DNA from: a virus | Lineage: Duplodnaviria; Caudoviricetes | Length of the DNA: 63,647 nucleotides | Virus record (IMG/VR): IMGVR_UViG_3300046813_000058 | Coordinates: 1 to 63,647 of that record | Reading direction: 5' to 3' (one strand) | The notes under the pieces: model-generated | Database searches by the model: none | Seen by the model: only the letters and a program-made list of their open reading frames with translations | What the model was told of the DNA's origin: nothing | Program-made: the position numbers and the translations under genes | Shown here: positions 29,358-39,543 of the stretch, in pieces | How positions within the stretch are numbered: position 1 is the stretch's first letter | How the letters are laid out: every line of letters starts with the position of its first letter

Positions 29358-30458
29358 ATGGCGGAGCACGTCTTCACCCTGCAGGAGATCGCCGACGGTG
29401 GAGACCCGTCGAGCGCGGACGACCTCGCGCGCTTCGAGTGGACCGCCGATCCGATCTCGAAGACCCCGTTCGACGGCACCAAGGGCGGCGGCGCGAAGGC
29501 GTGTCCCATCAAGCCCTGGGGTACCGGCGGCCAGCAGCGCACCGTGCGCACGAATTACCCGAACGCGGTAATCCCTGCGGTACAGGTGCTCGGGCACATC
29601 CACAAACCGCACACGTTCAGCGGGCGATGGGACGACCGCTACAACGGCGACGGCTACGCGCGGTTCGAGTGGCGGCGCTTCGTTGCGATGTGCAAGCGGG
29701 GGCGCATCGTGCGCGCGCAGTATGGGGACATCGCGTACGAAGGGATCATCACCGACTACGACTGTCCGGTGCAGCGGCTGTGGGACATCGACTACAAGTT
29801 CACGCTCGACGTCTACAACGAGCCCCAGGAGAGCGACCAGACCAGGGTCCCGACCACGCCGAACGACGCGCTGACCTCGCTGGACAAGGTCGACCTGTCG
29901 GTGCAGGCGGCGCTCGACGCGGACGCGATCGCCCCGCGGAACGTGCTCGGCGGGACGCTGGCCAACGACGTGACCAAGGTGCTCGTGGACATGACCGCGT
30001 TCCGCGAATCACTCGCGGCGAGCATCGACCAGAGCGTGCTTGCGCCCATCACCACCAACGTGGACGTGTTCTCGCGCATCGCCACGCAGTTCCGCTCGAT
30101 GCGTGGAGCGGCGAGCGATCTGCTGGTCCGGCTCGCGCCCGTGCGCGCTGACCTGGACATGACGGAGCGGACCGCGGCGAACGTGCTTGACTTCGAGGAC
30201 TGGTCGCGGTCGCTGCGCTACACCGCGCGCATCGTGGCCGGCTCGTCGATCGACGGCGACGCCGCGGCCACCGAGCATGCTGAGCCGGACGCCGTGCGTC
30301 TGTACCGGCCCCAGGCCGGCGAGCACCTCTACGGCATCGCCCGCAAGTTCTACGGCACCCCGCACGCGTGGGCGCTGATCCATGAACGGAACGCGCTGCA
30401 TAGCTTCGTGATGACCGGGAGCGAGACGCTCATCATCCCCGAGCGAGGGAACGTCTGA
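29358..30458 (+). CDS. Baseplate/tube-initiator protein with C-terminal LysM domain
   Basis: GEHLYGIARKFYGTPHAWALIHERN...LIIP. Confidence 0.8.
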   Translation: MAEHVFTLQEIADGGDPSSADDLARFEWTADPISKTPFDGTKGGGAKACPIKPWGTGGQQRTVRTNYPNAVIPAVQVLGHIHKPHTFSGRWDDRYNGDGYARFEWRRFVAMCKRGRIVRAQYGDIAYEGIITDYDCPVQRLWDIDYKFTLDVYNEPQESDQTRVPTTPNDALTSLDKVDLSVQAALDADAIAPRNVLGGTLANDVTKVLVDMTAFRESLAASIDQSVLAPITTNVDVFSRIATQFRSMRGAASDLLVRLAPVRADLDMTERTAANVLDFEDWSRSLRYTARIVAGSSIDGDAAATEHAEPDAVRLYRPQAGEHLYGIARKFYGTPHAWALIHERNALHSFVMTGSETLIIPERGNV

Positions 30459-32158
30459 TGCCGGGACCGACCGCCTCCGCGCAGCGCGTGGTCGCTGCAG
30501 CCGTGGGCGATGCGCAGCGCGACGCGCACGCTCGCATCTACCGTCCGCAGGCGCGCGCGATTCTGCAGGTCATCCTCGACGGGTTCGGCGACACTGCGCG
30601 CGACTCCGAAATCCAGGTCATCCCGATCATCCCGAAGAACGTCACCATCCACGTGAACAGCTACAAGCAGGCCGACAGCTTCGAGCTCGTGTTCGACGTG
30701 CTCGACCTGCCCTTCGACCCGCAGATCATCCGCGCCGGCGCCGCGGAGATCTTCCTGTTCGAGCACGCGGGCAAGCAGCGCGTGCTCGACCGCCAGCACC
30801 CGTTCAGCTCGGCCGACCCCGGCGCCACGCGACCGCGCGACGCCGTGCAGACGCTGAGCCTGGAGCTCGGCACCGACGCCGCGCGCGACGTGTTCACCCT
30901 CGGCAACAAGCCGCGTATCGTCGGCACGTTCGATGACGTCGACCTCGAGCTCTCCGAGAACGGGAAGTGGGTCACGATCAAGGGCCAGGACTACACCGCG
31001 TTCCTCGCGCAGGTGCAGTTTCCACCGAACGCGAACGGCACTGCGCGGCGGATCCCGGTCGGCAAGCGGCTCGACACGATCGTCGAGGACCTGCTCAGCG
31101 AAGCGGACCCGGACGGCCAACTCGGCGTCGCGGTGCGCGGCCTCGACGCGGCGACGCTGCCGATCGTGCACAGCGAGGTGGCGACCAACGTCAAGCGCGG
31201 GATCCCGGTCAAGCAGGAGACCAGCTACTGGGACGTGATCTACAAGCTCGTCGAGCGCTACGGGTTCATCTGTTTCGTGGACGGCCTCGACGTGGTGATC
31301 AGCCGGCCGAAGACGATCACCAACAAGGACGTCTCGCAGATCCGCCGCATGGCCTGGGGCCGGAACCTCGAGCACCTGACGATGCGCCGCCACCTCGGCA
31401 AGGAGCAGGCGCCGACGATCGTGGTGCGCTCGTACGTGCCAGGCAAGGGCACACTGACCGCCGAGTTCCCAGCGGGCACCGTCGACCGCAGCGGCGTCTT
31501 CAAGGCGAAGGGCAAGCACGGCAAGTTCTCGTTCAAGCGCCGCATCAAGGAGACCACCAGCGTCTCGAAAAGGGGCAAGGTCAAGACGACGGTGCGCGAG
31601 CGCGACGAGTACCAGATTGTGGACGTCCACGGAATCACGGACCAGGCCACGCTCCAGCGCATCGCCGAGAACCGCTACAACCTGCTGGGCAAGGCCGAGC
31701 GCGTCCTCATCGCGAAGACGCGCGACCTGAAAGACCTGCACGGCATCAACATCCTCGACATCGCCGCGGGCGACGCGGTGACCGTCGAGTGGGATGAGTT
31801 CAATCTGGAGATGCTGTCGAGCGGCCTCGAGCCGGCGGTCAAGCAACGGCATCTCGAGGCACGCGGGTACCAGTCGAGCGTTGCCGCGACCATCGTCAAG
31901 CACTACGCGATCCTCCAGGGCCTGACCCGGCCGATGCGGTTCAAGGAGGGGACGTTCGAGTACGACGTCGACAGCGGCATCTCGATCGAGATGGAGCTCC
32001 AGGACTTCATGGTGGTCGACGGGATCCGCCCGGACAGCGGCGCGGTGGCCCCGCCGACGCTCGCCACGAAGCGACAGACGCTGCGCGGCGGCGATGGCAA
32101 GCCGGTGGGCTGGAGCCAGCAGTACGAGGACGCGCAGCGAAAGCGGTGGCAGAAATGA
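30458..32158 (+). CDS. Baseplate hub protein (gp27/late control D-like)
   Basis: NSYKQADSFEL, IKGQDYTA, SYWDVIYKL; synteny. Confidence 0.75.
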   Translation: MPGPTASAQRVVAAAVGDAQRDAHARIYRPQARAILQVILDGFGDTARDSEIQVIPIIPKNVTIHVNSYKQADSFELVFDVLDLPFDPQIIRAGAAEIFLFEHAGKQRVLDRQHPFSSADPGATRPRDAVQTLSLELGTDAARDVFTLGNKPRIVGTFDDVDLELSENGKWVTIKGQDYTAFLAQVQFPPNANGTARRIPVGKRLDTIVEDLLSEADPDGQLGVAVRGLDAATLPIVHSEVATNVKRGIPVKQETSYWDVIYKLVERYGFICFVDGLDVVISRPKTITNKDVSQIRRMAWGRNLEHLTMRRHLGKEQAPTIVVRSYVPGKGTLTAEFPAGTVDRSGVFKAKGKHGKFSFKRRIKETTSVSKRGKVKTTVRERDEYQIVDVHGITDQATLQRIAENRYNLLGKAERVLIAKTRDLKDLHGINILDIAAGDAVTVEWDEFNLEMLSSGLEPAVKQRHLEARGYQSSVAATIVKHYAILQGLTRPMRFKEGTFEYDVDSGISIEMELQDFMVVDGIRPDSGAVAPPTLATKRQTLRGGDGKPVGWSQQYEDAQRKRWQK

Positions 32159-32163
32159 GTGGC

Positions 32164-32460
32164 TCAGGCCCTGGGGCGCACGAAGTGACCTTGCGGAAAG
32201 TGCTCGAACGGACATGGGTTGCCGTGGGAGCCGCATGCCATGCAGACGTCGCACTGGAAGTCAGCGGTCGAGGGTCCGACGGTGCTGGCATCAATGGGCA
32301 CGCGAGCCTTGTTGATGATGGAGATGCAGTTCTTCAGATAGCTTGCTCGATGAGCGTCCTCCAGCGTCATGACCTCCGGGGAAAGCGCGACAATGGCGCT
32401 CAGTTCGTCCAGGATGGCGCGCTCGGTCATGGTCATCGGCTCCGGGTAGGTCTTTGGCAT
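32164..32460 (-). CDS. Hypothetical protein (moron)
   Basis: Own leaderless promoter TTGACC-17 bp-TACAAA at 32467-32495. Confidence 0.55.
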   Translation of the reverse strand: MPKTYPEPMTMTERAILDELSAIVALSPEVMTLEDAHRASYLKNCISIINKARVPIDASTVGPSTADFQCDVCMACGSHGNPCPFEHFPQGHFVRPRA

Positions 32461-32498
32461 GACGAGTTTGTAGCACGACTACGCGTAGGGGTCAAGAC

Positions 32499-33059
32499 GT
32501 GAAAATCACCGCCCCGTTCCGTGGCCGGCGAGCGAGCAAAAAGCTCGACCTGACCGACATGCGCAAGGCGTTCGGCGATCAGCGCATGTGGTGCGCGATC
32601 GGCCTGGTGACCGCGCCCGAGGACGGGGCCTCGCACTTCGAGGTCACGGACAGCGATGTCCTCGTCGAGGTCGTGTTGCAGCCGTCGCTCATCCAGCTCA
32701 CCTGCCGGCTCTCGGCCACGCTGTGGCGCGTGCCGGACCTCGGCGAGGAGGTGATGGTCACGGTACCCGAAGGGCAGATCGAGTTCATGCCGACGATCAC
32801 CGACGTGCTGAGCTCGGGCCGGGTGCCCACGGGACAGGGGCCAGCCACCGGACGCATGGTCATCACGCGCACAGAGGTCGTGGTTCACGACGGCGCGGGC
32901 GGCGCGGTGTCGCTGGCCCTTAAGAGCGACGTCTCGAACCTCGCATCCTTCGTCTCGACGCTCAGCCTGCCGGTGGTCGGCGGCGGCGGCGGCACGGCGG
33001 GGCCACCCACTGGAACGGTTCCGACAGCGACGGGCACCACGGTGCTCAAGGGGAAGTGA
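32499..33059 (+). CDS. Baseplate spike (gpV/gp5 OB-fold)
   Basis: VPDLGEEVMV..PEG; C-terminal TAGPP...TVLKGK. Confidence 0.75.
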   Translation: MKITAPFRGRRASKKLDLTDMRKAFGDQRMWCAIGLVTAPEDGASHFEVTDSDVLVEVVLQPSLIQLTCRLSATLWRVPDLGEEVMVTVPEGQIEFMPTITDVLSSGRVPTGQGPATGRMVITRTEVVVHDGAGGAVSLALKSDVSNLASFVSTLSLPVVGGGGGTAGPPTGTVPTATGTTVLKGK

Positions 33060-33062
33060 TCG

Positions 33063-34754
33063 ATGAGCAATTTCGTCACCGATGGCACCGCGCTCCCCTT
33101 CCCCAAAGCAGACCTGGGGGGGCTGCCCGGCGGCACCCCGTCGGTCAATGGGCTCACCGCCGCGGAGTGGAACACGACATGTCAGGCCGTCGAGGATCTA
33201 CGGACGGTGGTGCTCGCAGGAATCCATCCGCCGTTGCTGTTCGAACTCTGGACCGACAGCAACGGCATGGGGCCGGCGACCGATGCGAGCCAGGACGATC
33301 CGGCCGACGCGGTCGCCACGCCGAACAACAACGTCACGCTGATCGCGATGTACGCGAGCGGGTTCGCCGAGCCGGTTACCCCGGTGAACATGGGCACCGG
33401 CGCGCTCCGCCTGGAGACCTCGACCTCGCCGGCACACGGCCCCGAGCTCGCGATCGGCAAGGCGCTCAACGAGATCCTCAACGGACCCGGATCCGTACCG
33501 GACGCCGCGCACAAGGTGTGGATCGACAAGTTCGCCATTCACAGCACGCTGATCTCGCAATGGCAGCAGGGTTCGACAGCGGGCAACGCGAGCCCCCTGC
33601 TCGGCGGCGGAAACCTCGACGCCGACAGCAACGCGCGCGCCCTTTCCGCGGTGGCGACCAGCGGGCGCCAGGCCACCTGCGCATTCATCATGCTGGGAAC
33701 CAACGAGGGCAGCGACGCCACGGCCTCGTCGAACGCCGGCACGAACACCACGGCGCTCATCGCCAGGAAGCGGGCGGTCCTCGGCTCCGCATTGATGATC
33801 GTGTGGGTCGTCCCGCAGACCACGATCCCGATCGGCACATACCCCAACAAGGTGGCCGCGCGCGCGAACCAGCTCGCCGCTCTTCAAGCGGCGACCGGGA
33901 TCGCGATCGTGTTCGCGGAGGACCTGCCGACGGGCGATGACCTCGTACACTTCGTCTCGATCGCCGAGCAGGTACTCGGGGCGCGCATGTCCTTCGCCTA
34001 CGTCCGGCTCGCCGGGTTGCGCGAGAGGATCGTCACCGCCCCGACCGTGGTCGGGGTCTCGCCGGCGACGTACAACGGCTCGGCGCACGGCCTATCCGGC
34101 ATCACCGGAGCATCGGGCACGGATCTGCGCGCATTCCCCTGGCAGGGCAGCGCACACGCCGACCTGATGTTTTTGCCCATCTTCAAGGGCACGGTAGGCG
34201 CCGGCTCGGCGATCCCGACACCATCAGGTTGGACGAGCGCGATCCAGGTGACGAACACCGACGCGGCGACGGTCGAGAACCGGGCCGCGCTGTTCTTCAA
34301 GACCTGCTTGCAGGCCGAGCTCGACGGGAACAACGGCTTTCCGCTCTCCCCGACGAGCACTCCGGGCGGCGCGCAGTTCGCGCTCAAGCCCTTCACGGTT
34401 CGGGTCCCTGCTGGCCTGGTCGCCGCTCTCGATGGTTCCCCCACGTCGTTCACACACACGACGCTTGACACCACGCCGGTGACGGCCGCGGGCGTGACCA
34501 CGACGGCGGCCAACCGCACGATCTGCATCATGGTGTTCGCGTGGGAGAACGCCAACGGCCAGTCGTTCACCGTCACGAACAGCAACCTGACCGGGCTCAC
34601 GCAGGTGTTCGGCGCCAGCTACCCATCGTCCTCGGGAAACTACCTGTTCATCGGCCTCTGGACCGGCACGCTCGTCGCGCAGGGCGCGAGCGGCAACAGC
34701 ACGGTCACGCCCTCGGCCGCCGCCAGCTCGTGCGGCTTCACGTGGGCGATGTGA
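33063..34754 (+). CDS. Tail-associated protein with SGNH-hydrolase-like domain
   Basis: DSNG, MLGTNE and DLVHF blocks; Thr/Ser-rich C-terminal beta domain. Confidence 0.6.
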   Translation: MSNFVTDGTALPFPKADLGGLPGGTPSVNGLTAAEWNTTCQAVEDLRTVVLAGIHPPLLFELWTDSNGMGPATDASQDDPADAVATPNNNVTLIAMYASGFAEPVTPVNMGTGALRLETSTSPAHGPELAIGKALNEILNGPGSVPDAAHKVWIDKFAIHSTLISQWQQGSTAGNASPLLGGGNLDADSNARALSAVATSGRQATCAFIMLGTNEGSDATASSNAGTNTTALIARKRAVLGSALMIVWVVPQTTIPIGTYPNKVAARANQLAALQAATGIAIVFAEDLPTGDDLVHFVSIAEQVLGARMSFAYVRLAGLRERIVTAPTVVGVSPATYNGSAHGLSGITGASGTDLRAFPWQGSAHADLMFLPIFKGTVGAGSAIPTPSGWTSAIQVTNTDAATVENRAALFFKTCLQAELDGNNGFPLSPTSTPGGAQFALKPFTVRVPAGLVAALDGSPTSFTHTTLDTTPVTAAGVTTTAANRTICIMVFAWENANGQSFTVTNSNLTGLTQVFGASYPSSSGNYLFIGLWTGTLVAQGASGNSTVTPSAAASSCGFTWAM

Positions 34755-34758
34755 CCCA

Positions 34759-35268
34759 ATGCCGTTGATCACTTTCCCATTCACCTTCCCCGAGGCCTTC
34801 GGGCCCCCGACGGCCTCCGGCTTGTCCACGGACGAGATTACCGCGCAGGTCGGCAAGTTCTTCGGCTCGGACATCTGGTTCGACGTCTCGCAGCCCGACC
34901 AGACCGGACACGCGAACTACGTGATCACGCCGGCGGGGGACGTGACCATGGTGACCGAGCGCGAGGCGCTGCGGCAGTCGCTGATCCGTCGGTACCTGAC
35001 TAACCCCGGTGACTGGAAGACCGCGCCCAACTACGGGGCCGGGTGCCGGCAGTACGTCAAGGGCAAGAACACCGCCGCGGCACGCGCCGAGCTGGAGAGC
35101 CGCGTGCGCGCGCAGAGCCTGCGGGACCCGCGCGTGCTCACGGTCGACTTGGCCACGGTGACGCCGCTCGAGGACGGATCGCCGGGGATCCGGCTGTCGG
35201 TGAAGATCACGCCGAAGGGCCGGCTCCGCGGCGACCAGGCGCTCCCCATCCACCTGGAGATCCGCTGA
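34759..35268 (+). CDS. Baseplate wedge gp25/GPW-like protein
   Basis: LRQSLIRRYLTNPGD...PNYG...DPRV. Confidence 0.85.
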   Translation: MPLITFPFTFPEAFGPPTASGLSTDEITAQVGKFFGSDIWFDVSQPDQTGHANYVITPAGDVTMVTEREALRQSLIRRYLTNPGDWKTAPNYGAGCRQYVKGKNTAAARAELESRVRAQSLRDPRVLTVDLATVTPLEDGSPGIRLSVKITPKGRLRGDQALPIHLEIR

Positions 35269-36347
35269 TGCCGGTGTCACCCAGCTTCGACGACTTGCTC
35301 ACCCAGTTCGAGGCGGAGGCGCTGACCCACCTGCCGACGCTGACCTTCCTCGAAGGCGACGTCACCACGGCGCTGCAGCATGGCGCCGGGGCGATGGCGG
35401 ACGCGGTGATCCGCCTGATCGTGCAGGCGCTCAAGGACACCTTCATCGACACGGCCAAGGGCGACGCGCTGCGCGCGCTCGTCAATGACCACCTGAACAT
35501 CCAGGCGCAGGTTGCGACGTTCGCGCAGGCCACCGTCACGCTGGCGCGGACCAGCGCCGGTGCGGGCGGCACGCTGCTCGCCGGGTTCTCGGTCGCCTCG
35601 CAGATCGACTCCAGCGGCAACTCGCAGGTCTTCACCCTCGACAGCAACGTCACGTTCGCTCTCGCTGACAACGGCCCTCACACGGTCAGCGTGACCGCGC
35701 AGATCGCCGGCCGGGCAGGCAACGTCGCCGCCGGGCTCATCACGCGGCTCATCGGATCGCCGTTCGACCCCACGCTCACCGTCACCAACGCGGCGCCGGC
35801 GGGCGGGGGCAACGACGGCGAGAGCGACGACGAGCTCCGGGTGCGCGCGCGGAACTTCTGGCAGACCTTGCGCCGCGGCACGCTTGGCGCGCTCGAGTTC
35901 GGCGCGCTGCAGGTCCCGAGCGTGCGGATCGCGCGCGCCACCGAAGATCCGGTCTCCGGAATCGTGACGCTCGTGGTCACCGACTCCGACGGCAACAGCA
36001 CGGCGCAGATGGTCGCCGACGTCGTCATTGAGATCGAGAACTGGCGCGCGGCCGGCTCGATCGTGAGCGTGTTCGGCGGCGCGGCGCTGATCGTCAACGT
36101 CACCGGCACGCTGGTCGCAGAGCCGGGCGTTGACACCTCGGTGCTGGGCGCGCTCGCCGCCACCGCGATCGCCGGCCGCATGGCCAAGCAGCGCCAGGGC
36201 GAAACGCTGTTCCTCGACTCGATCAAGAGCGCGGCGATCGGCGTCGACCCGGACGCGCTCAATGCGCTGGTGCTGTCCACACCGATCGCGGACGTCGTGC
36301 CCACGGCCAACCAAGTGATCCGGCCCGGCACGGTGACGATCTCGTGA
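35268..36347 (+). CDS. Baseplate J/gp47 protein
   Basis: FIDTAKG, AQIAGRAGNV, GGNDGESDDELRVR, RAAG. Confidence 0.9.
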   Translation: MPVSPSFDDLLTQFEAEALTHLPTLTFLEGDVTTALQHGAGAMADAVIRLIVQALKDTFIDTAKGDALRALVNDHLNIQAQVATFAQATVTLARTSAGAGGTLLAGFSVASQIDSSGNSQVFTLDSNVTFALADNGPHTVSVTAQIAGRAGNVAAGLITRLIGSPFDPTLTVTNAAPAGGGNDGESDDELRVRARNFWQTLRRGTLGALEFGALQVPSVRIARATEDPVSGIVTLVVTDSDGNSTAQMVADVVIEIENWRAAGSIVSVFGGAALIVNVTGTLVAEPGVDTSVLGALAATAIAGRMAKQRQGETLFLDSIKSAAIGVDPDALNALVLSTPIADVVPTANQVIRPGTVTIS

Positions 36348-36354
36348 GGATCTC

Positions 36355-37230
36355 ATGGCCCTGACCAGCGATGAACAGGAGCTGCTCGACTTCGCCACCG
36401 GCGCGCTGCCGAACTGGGTGCGCTCGCCCGACGAGTTCCTGACCGCCGCGGCCAAGCTGATGGGCATGCCGCGCGCGACCGCGGTCTACCTGTTCTCGCA
36501 GACGCTGATCACGCAGGCCACCGGCGCGACCGCGACCACTCCGGACTGGCTCGCGCAGCACGCGCGCGACCGCGGGACCTCGCGCCAGGCCGGCGAGACC
36601 GATCCGGTGCTCCAGGAGCGCCTCCGGGTGATCCCGGACGCGATCACCCGGCAGGCCGTGCTCGACGCGGCAAACGCCATCCTGGCCGCTGCCGGCGTGG
36701 CCGGCTCGGCGGCGCTGCTCGAGCTCCCCCGCGATGGCGCGTGGCTGGGGCACTACACGGCGCTGACCGGCACCGGCGGCACATTCACGCAGGCCGGCAC
36801 GGTGAGCACGTTCACGCCACTCGCGCTGCCTTGGCCGGCGCCGCCGTTCCAGGCCGCCACGGTCGCTCCGGTGGTCAGCTGGCAGCTCGTGATCAGCGGG
36901 GCGGCGAGCGCCGGGAACAACGGGACGCGCTCGGTCACCGGGCTCAGCGGCAACGCGGCGATCGTGACCAACGCCGGCGGCGTGGCTGGCGCCGATGCCA
37001 CGGTCACATGGAAGGCGCAGCGGCTCGACGTGACCGGCAACATCACCGATGGGTTCGCGCGCGCCTACGTCGGCCGCGGGTTCCGCACGGCCTCGACACG
37101 GCCGTTCAAGCTGCTGCTGATCCTGCCCTTCGGGACCTCGGCCGGCGCGCAGAACAGCGTGACCGAGTCGATCCGGACGAAGAAAGCTGCGGGGTTCGCT
37201 GTCATCGTGGAACGGCGGCTGAACCCATAG
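36355..37230 (+). CDS. Baseplate wedge protein (gpI-like)
   Basis: WLAQHARDRG.SR..GETD..L.ER; KAAG near C-terminus. Confidence 0.7.
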   Translation: MALTSDEQELLDFATGALPNWVRSPDEFLTAAAKLMGMPRATAVYLFSQTLITQATGATATTPDWLAQHARDRGTSRQAGETDPVLQERLRVIPDAITRQAVLDAANAILAAAGVAGSAALLELPRDGAWLGHYTALTGTGGTFTQAGTVSTFTPLALPWPAPPFQAATVAPVVSWQLVISGAASAGNNGTRSVTGLSGNAAIVTNAGGVAGADATVTWKAQRLDVTGNITDGFARAYVGRGFRTASTRPFKLLLILPFGTSAGAQNSVTESIRTKKAAGFAVIVERRLNP

Positions 37231-37285
37231 ACGGGCTAGCAGGTCGGGGCGACTGGTGATCCAAGTCGGAGAGAGCGATACGTCG

Positions 37286-37627
37286 CTAAAATACCCCGCA
37301 GTAGCCGATATGGGCCTCGGGGCACGCCGGATCGTTACCACACCTGTAAGTGTGGTAGCAGCGCGCCGATGCGGCGGCGCATGATGTGATGCAATTGAGA
37401 TCCGACGTATAACCGAACGTTGGATCGCATGCCACGGGCCACGTGCACCGGTTGACCCAGCCACCGCCTCCCAGGCCACCGCCGTCGCACACGGCCTGAC
37501 CACTACAATAATTGTTGTCCTCGTCGGGCGTGCAGCACGTCTGGAAGTCCTGCATCTCGCTCGATATTGCCGGCGCCACTGCGCACGCCATCGCACACAA
37601 CACCACCATCATAATCATCGTCTTCAT
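37286..37627 (-). CDS. Cys-rich putative lipoprotein (paralog B)
   Basis: Signal ending AMAC, Gly linker, VNRC...CDPT...HIGYC; promoter TTGACA-18 bp-TATAAA at 37666-37695. Confidence 0.75.
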   Translation of the reverse strand: MKTMIMMVVLCAMACAVAPAISSEMQDFQTCCTPDEDNNYCSGQAVCDGGGLGGGGWVNRCTWPVACDPTFGYTSDLNCITSCAAASARCYHTYRCGNDPACPEAHIGYCGVF

Positions 37628-37930
37628 CGCTATCTCACTTTCCCCGGGCGAAAGCCCTCGCGCAGTTTATATCTCCGCGGTAAGGACGATGTCAAGGGCG
37701 CTCGAGGCAGTTCTCGGTCAGCTCGTCCTCGCGGAGCTCGTAGGTCCGGGTCTCGGGGTGGTAGCGCGTCGGCATCGGCGCCTCGACTCGCGTCGGGACC
37801 TCGTCCTCGAAGTCGCGCGGCCTGGATCTGGGCATGGGCGAGAGGGTGAAGTCGGACCGGGCGGCGGCGATATGTCTCGCGCTGGCCTTACGCGTGACGC
37901 TGGCGCTCACCGAGGTGATACGATGGCGCC

Positions 37931-39163
37931 ATGACGACAGACCTGTATGCGACCGAACTCTGGCTGGGCGGCCAGGAGGTCGAGACCGACAAGCTCAACA
38001 ACGGCCAGCGGTTCCTACGCGCGCAGCTTACCGATCAGATTCTCGAGACGCTCATCGGATCCGTGGTCCCGACGACGGGACTTGATCCGTCATTCGGTGG
38101 CCAGAACGGCGCGAATGCCAGCACCGCGCGAGCCTACGCGCTCTGTGAGGGAGCGGCGTACCTGCGTCAGGGCTCGGCGAACAACAAGATCCAGATCGCC
38201 CCTGGAACGCTGCTCCAGAAGATCGCGAACGCCGATGGTAGCGACTCGACGCTCGTGGCCTACAAGTTCGCGGGCTCCGAAGAGTGGACGCTCACCGCCG
38301 GTGACGGCACAAACCCTCGCGTGGATCTGCTGCAGATGGCGCTGAGCTACACGACCGACACCCCGCTCAACGTCGACTTCCAGGACGCGATCACTCGGGC
38401 CAACACTACGGTGGCCGGCACCGCGACGAAGCGGCGGCTGCTGTGCACGCTATCGGTCAAGCAGGGCACGCCAGGCGCCTCGCCAGTGGTGCCAGAGCCG
38501 GACGCGGGCGCCGTTGCCGTCGGATCGGTCCTCGTGGGGAACAGCTGGGCCACGGGAGGCAACGCCCCGATCATGGGCATCGATACCACAGCGGTAAATA
38601 ATGCCGTGGTGCACGATCAGCGGATTCCGCTCGGGGTTAGAACCTACGTTGCCGACCCGTCGACCTACAAGCTGGTCACCGCGTGGTCGACGAGCAATGC
38701 CGTGAGTACAGTGACATCGACGAACGCAACCAACGTTCTGATCATTCCCTGTCCGGTGACGATCGGGCGGCTCGTAGGCATCGGCATATCGCATGACGCC
38801 GGGTCGACGATGGCGTCGATGCTGCTCGGCCAGACCTCGGGGACGAACCTCTCTGGCACGTTCGCATCGCGGATCTCGGTGCCCCAGCTGAGCTCCGGTG
38901 CCGACGCGGATGACATTCTGCCGTTCTGGGCCTTCGAGAACACGCAGTCACCCGCCGCTGGGCCGACCGTGGTTCATTCGACGACGACCAAGGTGGGGGT
39001 GCCAATCTGGTGTAACGGGCGGCGAATGCCGTTCGAGAAGAACCGCATCAACCAGGCCATCCCAGCGGCCGTGCCGACCGATCGCCTGATGCTCAAGATC
39101 GCCAGCGGACAGAACGGCACGGTGATCGGCGCAGTGACGTTCTACATCGCCGAGGGGCTATAG
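37931..39163 (+). CDS. Tail fibre protein
   Basis: Follows wedge genes; GDGTNPRVDL, VKQGTPGASPV.P, VHDQR. Confidence 0.7.
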   Translation: MTTDLYATELWLGGQEVETDKLNNGQRFLRAQLTDQILETLIGSVVPTTGLDPSFGGQNGANASTARAYALCEGAAYLRQGSANNKIQIAPGTLLQKIANADGSDSTLVAYKFAGSEEWTLTAGDGTNPRVDLLQMALSYTTDTPLNVDFQDAITRANTTVAGTATKRRLLCTLSVKQGTPGASPVVPEPDAGAVAVGSVLVGNSWATGGNAPIMGIDTTAVNNAVVHDQRIPLGVRTYVADPSTYKLVTAWSTSNAVSTVTSTNATNVLIIPCPVTIGRLVGIGISHDAGSTMASMLLGQTSGTNLSGTFASRISVPQLSSGADADDILPFWAFENTQSPAAGPTVVHSTTTKVGVPIWCNGRRMPFEKNRINQAIPAAVPTDRLMLKIASGQNGTVIGAVTFYIAEGL

Positions 39164-39508
39164 CCCGCAGGTTCCGCTCGTCTCGAGGTTGCCGGCGATC
39201 GTTTGCCCCTGCTTGACCGTCACGGCGCTATAGAGCACGGGCCGCCAACGCTCCGGCAAAACCTGCGCCACAGCGATCATGCTAACAGCAGCGGCGGCGA
39301 AGTACAGATCGACCGTGACCGGGCTTGGCGCGGTTCCCATGATCGGGTTCGCCTCGTACTGGCCGCGCCATGACCTGCGCGCGGCGGCGTGCGTCTGACC
39401 CCAATCGCACGCGAGCGATGCCAACGCCAGCGTCGCGGTACCGTGGCGGACGTAGCCGTTAGCGCACCCCAGCATCGACACGGCAATCATGGCCAGCGCG
39501 GTCTTCAT
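39158..39508 (-). CDS. Putative lipoprotein/membrane protein
   Basis: MLGC lipobox, DWGQT, YEANPIMG; leaderless promoter at 39515-39542. Confidence 0.65.
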   Translation of the reverse strand: MKTALAMIAVSMLGCANGYVRHGTATLALASLACDWGQTHAAARRSWRGQYEANPIMGTAPSPVTVDLYFAAAAVSMIAVAQVLPERWRPVLYSAVTVKQGQTIAGNLETSGTCGL

Positions 39509-39543
39509 ACCAGAACTATAAACCGCGTTAGCGCGATGTCAAG

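Noticed and set aside
28044-32254. Long antisense ORFs (e.g. 28044-29612, 30350-32254; also 48397-50124 +)
   Set aside because: Shadow frames of high-GC coding genes; Arg-rich composition with no motifs
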